A stretch of DNA of 64,000 nt, from NCBI RefSeq assembly GCF_018977255.1, contig NW_024704743.1, positions 38,442,001 to 38,506,000 of the forward strand, in the 5' to 3' direction. Origin of the DNA: Callorhinchus milii (lineage: Eukaryota). Shown here in pieces: positions 22,803-64,000 of this stretch. A program made the translations under genes and the position numbers. Position 1 is the stretch's first letter, and the number at the start of each line of letters is the position of its first letter. The notes beneath the pieces were generated by a model. The model was given only the letters and a program-made list of their open reading frames with translations. It ran no database searches and was not told the DNA's origin.

Positions 22803-25184
22803 TACAGCGCTACGAAAGCATAATCAGAGTGAGAGAAAAAAAACACATTTAATTCCGAGTAGCCAGACGAGCAAAAAAAAAAGGGCACATGATCAAAAAT
22901 CTAAAATGAGTGCAAATCCCTTAACATAATAAAAAAACGTATTATATAGAAGAATATATATACATATACATTATATAGAGGAAAGTAAAATATATACGTA
23001 TTATAAATAGAGGAAATTTATACGTATACATTATATAGAGAAGAAAGAATATATGTATATATACACATGTGTATTAGAACATTCTCTATTTGGTATCTCA
23101 AAATTATATCCATATTCTTAAAGTATCTCAAATATAATTGACCAAAAGTTGTACTTTTTCTTTTAACCACCACCATTTGGCTAGATTCAAATGAAGCACA
23201 TTGTCAATCTGTTTATAATGAAGAGGACAGCTTTCCATTCTTTTACACACATTTCATAACTGCATAAATTTTATATTTAGCCCAACAACATGAGGAGCCA
23301 TGTCAAAGAATTCTATCACAAGATGGTTCAGTTCAAGGAAAACAATCAATGAGGTAATTTTCTTTTTCTAAAAATGAAACGGTGCAATACACCATGAACT
23401 CTGGAAGAAGCTTCTGGAACTCAGAACACAAGACTCGACAATTCACTGTCATGTGCACTCACTCTTCAACAATTGAATCATTCTCACTCTCCCATCCAAG
23501 CAGTTGGAACTCACATGTTTTTGCAATGTTACGCTCTCACCAAACATTATATCAGCTGACTACACACATATATAAAGATTTACCTACAAGTACCAGTGTA
23601 ATGCATTCTCACGTGTCAAGCCTGGTTTCACCCTGAAATGCGAGGGAGATGGTCACTAAACATTCCTTCAACAAAGATATTTCTACAAGACTGACACCCA
23701 ACTAAAGCCATTCAATAACCAGCTTCACTGCAAGTTGCTTATTACACTCAGATTAAGTCTTTGCTTTTTAGCACTTGTGTTTGGTGCTGACAGGGCTTTC
23801 GTCTATACCATAAGTTAAGCACAGCCATTCACCGCTCAAGCGAATGAAGGAAGAATGGATTGAATAGGTTAGATCTTCACTTCTGAAGATCAAGACTGCC
23901 TTTGACAGGAAACAAATGATGAATATAATGTAATGAATGCTGTTTATTGGCCATGAGAAAACAGGTTGTGTGTCATCTCAGGTCTTGCCTCCCAGTGCCC
24001 ACTCAAAATACTGACCAAAAGTCAGTCTCTCTGAGAGTCCTGGTTGTAACATGCATTGAATAAAAATGCCACTGAACGCAGCAGAAAAAACACTGAGGTT
24101 GTGGACTAGATTGGGCTGTTTGTCCAGGGAAAACTAGCAAACACTGAGACACAGCATCCAAGATGTGGATGTTCTCCATACTGTGGCCATTGGAAAGGGA
24201 CCATTCCCCAAAGTGGTCTGCCCCCTTCCCATTCTAAATCGGTGAGAAATAATCCACCCTCAATACAGCAGAGAAAAAATATCCAATGTTCATTTACTTG
24301 ACATTTAAAATGTACGGTACTTGTTGCTTTGCAATATACAATGCTCTGAGTTAATGTACTGAATTTAAATGGGTTAACACATTTATATATAGATATTTAC
24401 GCAGTGATGGGATCACTTTAAACTATGTTTGAGCTCAATATTTTTAAGCCATGTCAACTCTCACACAGTCTGTACCCAGTCTAATTTATTTTCAAGTAGT
24501 CTCATGTCATTATGCACTTTCTCATTCATGAAATTCAAGTCTTCCCTACATTTGGTGTTTGATGTACAATTCACCATCACACACACACACAGCATTCTTC
24601 TCAAATACTGCTATCAAACTCCACTTGGTATGTAAAAAAATAAATTGATATGTTTGTTTCTTAAATTACTTGTCCTTTGTGGTTCTGATGCCTTGAGATC
24701 CCTTCATCTCTTGAGCAACAATGTGATGGCAATACTGCAGTAGGCCCCTGGAAAGCTAACCGCAAATTGACATAAAAAGGAAAAAAAAGCAACGTAATAA
24801 TAATTCAAGCAGTTAAATGAAGTTAAAAATCCCAAAATGTACACCCCTAGTCTACCAAAGATATTAATGAAGAATAGGACGGCAGTATAGTCTATGGAAG
24901 AAAGATGAAGGTGCTTTGGTTGAAGATGCGTTGCTGATACCACAGAAAGAAGGGGGTCTGTGGAAGACTTATTTTTTGTTTAAGAAGTCGTTTTCTTGTG
25001 CTCAGTGGAAGGTTGGCGGGAGAGGAAGGGAGGGGAGAAGGATAAATTCACCAACACTGACTGAGATCCGTCTTTGCTGTTGGTGCAGGCTCCCTTGGGA
25101 AAAAAAAGCAATGGAGATTCGGGCAGAAGAGAGGGAGCGGGCACGTTGTTGCACCGGAGTGATCCCCATGGCATCCAGAACTGT

Positions 25185-59942
<34,758 letters not shown>

Positions 59943-61334
59943 CTAAAAAGCAGTTAAAAACAATTCATTGGGGATGACATTTCCATTCAACACTAGGAAC
60001 ACGCACAACAAGTTTCAAGAGAAGAAAAAAGCAACCAATTTCTGCACAATTTACATTTCTATACTGCCTTTCACATCAGACGACATCTCAAAGTTCTATG
60101 ATAAACCTAGATGGGCACCCAAGCCGGTGGGGTCGGAGCAGAAGAGGGTGGAGAGGGGAAAAATGACTGAAAGCATGATCAAAGAGGCATATTTTGGGAC
60201 CTACACTGAACAACGGCAGAGAAGGACTCCAGAATGCAGTTCCAGAGAGTGGAGGCAGAATGGTTGAAAGCGAACCTGCTGATGGTGGGTGGATATAGCG
60301 GGCAGGGGTACATGAAGCATATATTCAAACTGTTTTGAAATCAGTGAGATTGTAACTCTTCCCCTCAAGGAAGTCAACAAAAAGATTTGCTATGCATGAT
60401 GTTATTCTGCACAGAGCTAAAAAAAAGCCAACTGATAAAACACAAAAGGTTTACAGCACAGAAAGAAGCCATTCAACCCAACATGCCTAGGCTGGTCCTA
60501 GCTCCCCTACTGGAGCCACCAACTCTAATCCCATTCACCTTTATTTTTGCCTCAGTTGAAAACCAGCAGCCACCTTTGAAGCTATGAGTTTCAATATTAC
60601 AACCTAATAAGGCATCAATGCATTTAAGAGGAAACTCAGTGGAAATATGAGAGAGAGGAATAGAGGTGTATGGGGGCGGGGGGGCAGGGATTAGGATGGG
60701 CGGAGGCTCATGCGAAAATATAAAAATTGACACACACTGAATAGGCCAAATGTTCCATTGCTATAGACTATATAGGTAAATAACCCATTTTAACTCGGAA
60801 GAAACTAGAACAACATTGAAAGATGGGGCGAGGTCAAAACATCTTCATATACATTAATTATCAAGGTCATATAAATTGTCTGCAACATACACCAGTTTGC
60901 ATGTGTATTGCTCAGAATACAATAAGATAAGAATTGTTTTTGAATTTTCTTAAAAAAAACAAATTAGTCACTCAATCCACGACTGGTTGTGGGACACTGC
61001 TGTGTGCTATTGGCTGCCGCATTTCGTCCACAAAACATGTACAAAACAGTTGACTCGCTTTACAGTATATTCTGTGAAGCGCTTTGAGACGTCTCGAAGA
61101 AGTCATAAGGCGCTATATCAAATGCAAGGATTATTTTTATTATAACCCTTCTTTTTAATGGAATATGTCACCCTGAACACCTCTCCCATATCTCCTTCTT
61201 ATAATATTCTGTCTGATTGTACACTGTTTGATAGTATTTACCACATATTATGAATCATTTATATTATTCATCCCACTTTTAAAAACCTAACCACTGTATT
61301 TGATTTCTCAATCTGTGCCAAGTTATTGATCCCC

Positions 61335-61364
<30 letters not shown>
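61335..61364. repeat. (TA)n(CA)n compound microsatellite abutting the MITE; other simple repeats are (TA)n 4108-4129 and (TTA)n 33500-33531
   Basis: Direct inspection. Confidence 0.85.
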
Positions 61365-61365
<1 letters not shown>

Positions 61366-61485
61366 GGTGACCAAAAAGTTGTGATACCATAACAACATTA
61401 CAATGTCTAATAAGTCTTAGAGAAATGATGATATTTTGTTTTTTTTAGATAATAGGGTAGTTATCATGACTTTTTGGTCACCCTG
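61363..61485. mobile_element. 123-bp MITE with 24-bp terminal inverted repeats (Tc1/mariner-like CAGGGTG ends)
   Basis: Left cagggtgaccaaaaagttgtgata versus reverse complement of right end cagggtgaccaaaaagtcatgata (2 mismatches). Confidence 0.8.
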
Positions 61486-62674
61486 TTAACAGTTTGGTCT
61501 CTAAGTTGTTATAATAAATCGCAAACTGGAGCGTCAAATGTGCTCTCAATGGCCTAAAAAGTGAGGTTACTTCAGGACAGTGGATTGTTAGCTGCAACAC
61601 ATTGAAACCAGATGCCAGGATCCCAGGCTACAGAAGGATAAAGCCAGCAGCTGCTCAAAACACATGTGGTGCCTCAACTCTGTTTTCCACCAGCTGAAGC
61701 TGCACTTGTTCTAACAAGTAGGATTACATTTGTGTTACCTTTGTAAATTAAAGGACACTTTACAGTAGCATTTGTACCAACAACAACAACAAGATTACAT
61801 TTGTATAGCGCCTTTCACGTCGGGAGGACATCCCAAGGGAAGGTAAACATTTTGTGTACAATAGGAATAGATAACAAGAAGGCATTATGTGGCAATGGTC
61901 TCTTTGAGCACGTCAGGTAATATCAATAACTCAATTTGAACCAGATGACAGACTAAAATGAAAGCACCCTATAGGTAACCAGCTCATCTTTATCTTTTAC
62001 AATTGAATGGCAGTAACACTAAGTATGTAGGGATGTGTATCGAGGCTGTGAGTAGGACAATGTTCTCAAGCATCTCATGCGAGTTGTGGTGTTCCTGATG
62101 CTTACCATCCACCGAGTGAAGCGCCAAACCTCTCCTAGTCAGATATTAAATAATCAACTAGTGATTATCCTCGGGGCAGAGGGCAAGGTAAGTGAGGTCT
62201 CGTTAAGGTTGAACATTCTTGGCAACGAAATAACAGAATTTAGTCAACTCTCTGTGACAGTCTCCATGATCTGATTCTTGAGCTAGATGGGGCTGCATTA
62301 CTCCAAGGCACTGTTGGTGACAGACCGACCAGTTTTAAAAGAACTTCAGGAAAACTGGCTTCAACGCTTCTTTGTAAGCTTTACTGTTAAAAGATACATC
62401 CCCTTGCACCGCATTCAATTGTAAATGATTAGAAAGAACTGGTCACACTTTTTCAATCATAGGAAAGCTAACAGGCAGTCAAGCAGCCAGTTATCAACAT
62501 TCACATTTTGCATAGCAGCATGATTCAGCAAAAGACTGCCCTTGTCCTACTTGGCAACGATGAAACAGCTTTGTCTCACGTGGCACTAAAGTGCAGTCAA
62601 TGTCATAATAACATTTCCTAACCACGTCTGAAACTATTCAAACACCAGTGATAAGTTCATAGAATGCAAACATA

Positions 62675-62995
62675 ATAATAAATAATAATCCTTGTATTTG
62701 ATATTGTGCTTTTCACGTCTTCTAGACATCTCAAAGCGCTTCACGGAATAGACTGTAAAGTAAATTGACTGTATATTTTGTGGGCAAAACGCAGCAGTCA
62801 ATTGCACACAGCAGTGTCCCACAAACAGTCGTGGATTGAAGTGACTAAATTATTATTGTTTTATTTTCTTGATGGATTATTATTATCAGGTGTGTGAAGT
62901 AAGGAAACTTGCCCAAGTTTTGCCCTGCCGGGAATTGAACCCAGGTCTCTCCCTTGCGAGGCAAGTGCTCTAACCACTGAGCTACAGGACTCCAC
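62675..62995 (-). mobile_element. tRNA-derived SINE, full length
   Basis: Head ...accactgagctacaggactcc, Deu-like core, (taa)n tail. Confidence 0.85.
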
Positions 62996-64000
62996 AACAC
63001 CTATTCTTTATTTGGAATCACCATAATGGGCAGATCGCAAGCAACAATTGGGGTTTCTGAACTAGTCATGAATCTGAAATAAATCTTGTGACACACAATG
63101 GTTAGCATCAGGAGACACTGTCTAGTCTGAGTGCTCTTGAGTGCTGAGTACCAGGGTGGACCCCCTATGTCATGGTGATCAGAATTGTACACAGGTCTGC
63201 GTGTATGGCCTGACCAGAACAGTGTACCGCTTGAAGGTTCTATATCGATGGTGTAGTTGAGCGGGGTTTTCAAAATTCTCACAACCCTCTGTGATTTTGT
63301 TTTCTGGAATCATGTTCACTGGCTCAGATCTAATATTGAAGAATAAGTCCCTTGTTTTGGATCCTTCTAAACAAGAATAGTCTCCCTTTATCTGGCTTGT
63401 CAATTGCCTTCATTATTATAAATACTTCAAGCCGACTCAGCTGTTCCTTCCAGTTTGGCATAAGAGAACACCAAGCGTGGCATCCAGACTGCTTGAGTTA
63501 GGCTTGCTGCTTCTCAAAAAGGCTTCACATCAAAGACAGTTATTAATTTCTGCTTCTACCCATCTGAGGCCCCTGGAGCTCAGGACACAACTAACTCCCA
63601 GGGGAGGTGTGGTTTTCCATATTACTTTTGCTTGATCAGCCTTGTAATGAACTTTACTGATTCCAATTATATTAATAAGGGATCTTTTATAAGCATAAAA
63701 ATACATTGGAACAGCTGAGGCTTGTATGCCATTCTACTCTGCAGATGAACTCCTACCCCAGCTGATTTAACCAGTTGCCTCAATAGTTTTGTTTTGCATT
63801 CCTCATGATCGTGAACGTAAAAAATTCAGTTTTTTTCTAGCATGAAATTAATTTTCAGGCATGCATTAAGTTTCCTTAAAATTCTGGAAGCTGTTTCACA
63901 TTGAAAGGCAAAAAGTAGCAGGGAGATAAGAGAGGACCTCGGCCAACCATGTAACAGTCAAAATAAACCGTGTAATTAAATTGTTGTCATGCACATAAAG

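Overview
This is AT-rich, repeat-rich vertebrate genomic DNA. The Deu-domain tRNA-SINEs, L2/CR1 remnants and a shark-type Penelope-like short repeat suggest a cartilaginous fish (inference). Two genes lie tail-to-tail. (1) On the + strand is a complete OTULIN-family (FAM105) Met1-linkage deubiquitinase gene that I assembled by hand from 11 coding exons (5451-20269, 2025 nt, 674 aa). It has an intact Cys/His/Asn catalytic set, a PUB-interacting-type motif (DEDLYR) and a C-terminal PDZ-type motif (-SEL). Unusually, it has an N-terminal extension of about 368 aa encoded by a run of phase-2 exons. The extension starts MGNMCC and contains an acidic dileucine motif (EREALL), a LAMTOR1-like membrane/endolysosome targeting signature. 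This is the most interesting observation in the window. (2) On the - strand are exons 4-12 of ANKH (59942 down to 25185); exons 1-3 lie beyond the window. Introns contain many SINE/LINE fragments, a near-identical inverted SINE pair, a nested insertion with a 14-bp target-site duplication and a degenerate hammerhead-ribozyme core, a Tc1/mariner-like MITE, a hAT-like zinc-finger ORF remnant, a duplicated (decoy) splice acceptor and several candidate cis-regulatory elements. All calls are by eye, and comparisons to human proteins are from memory; no searches were run.
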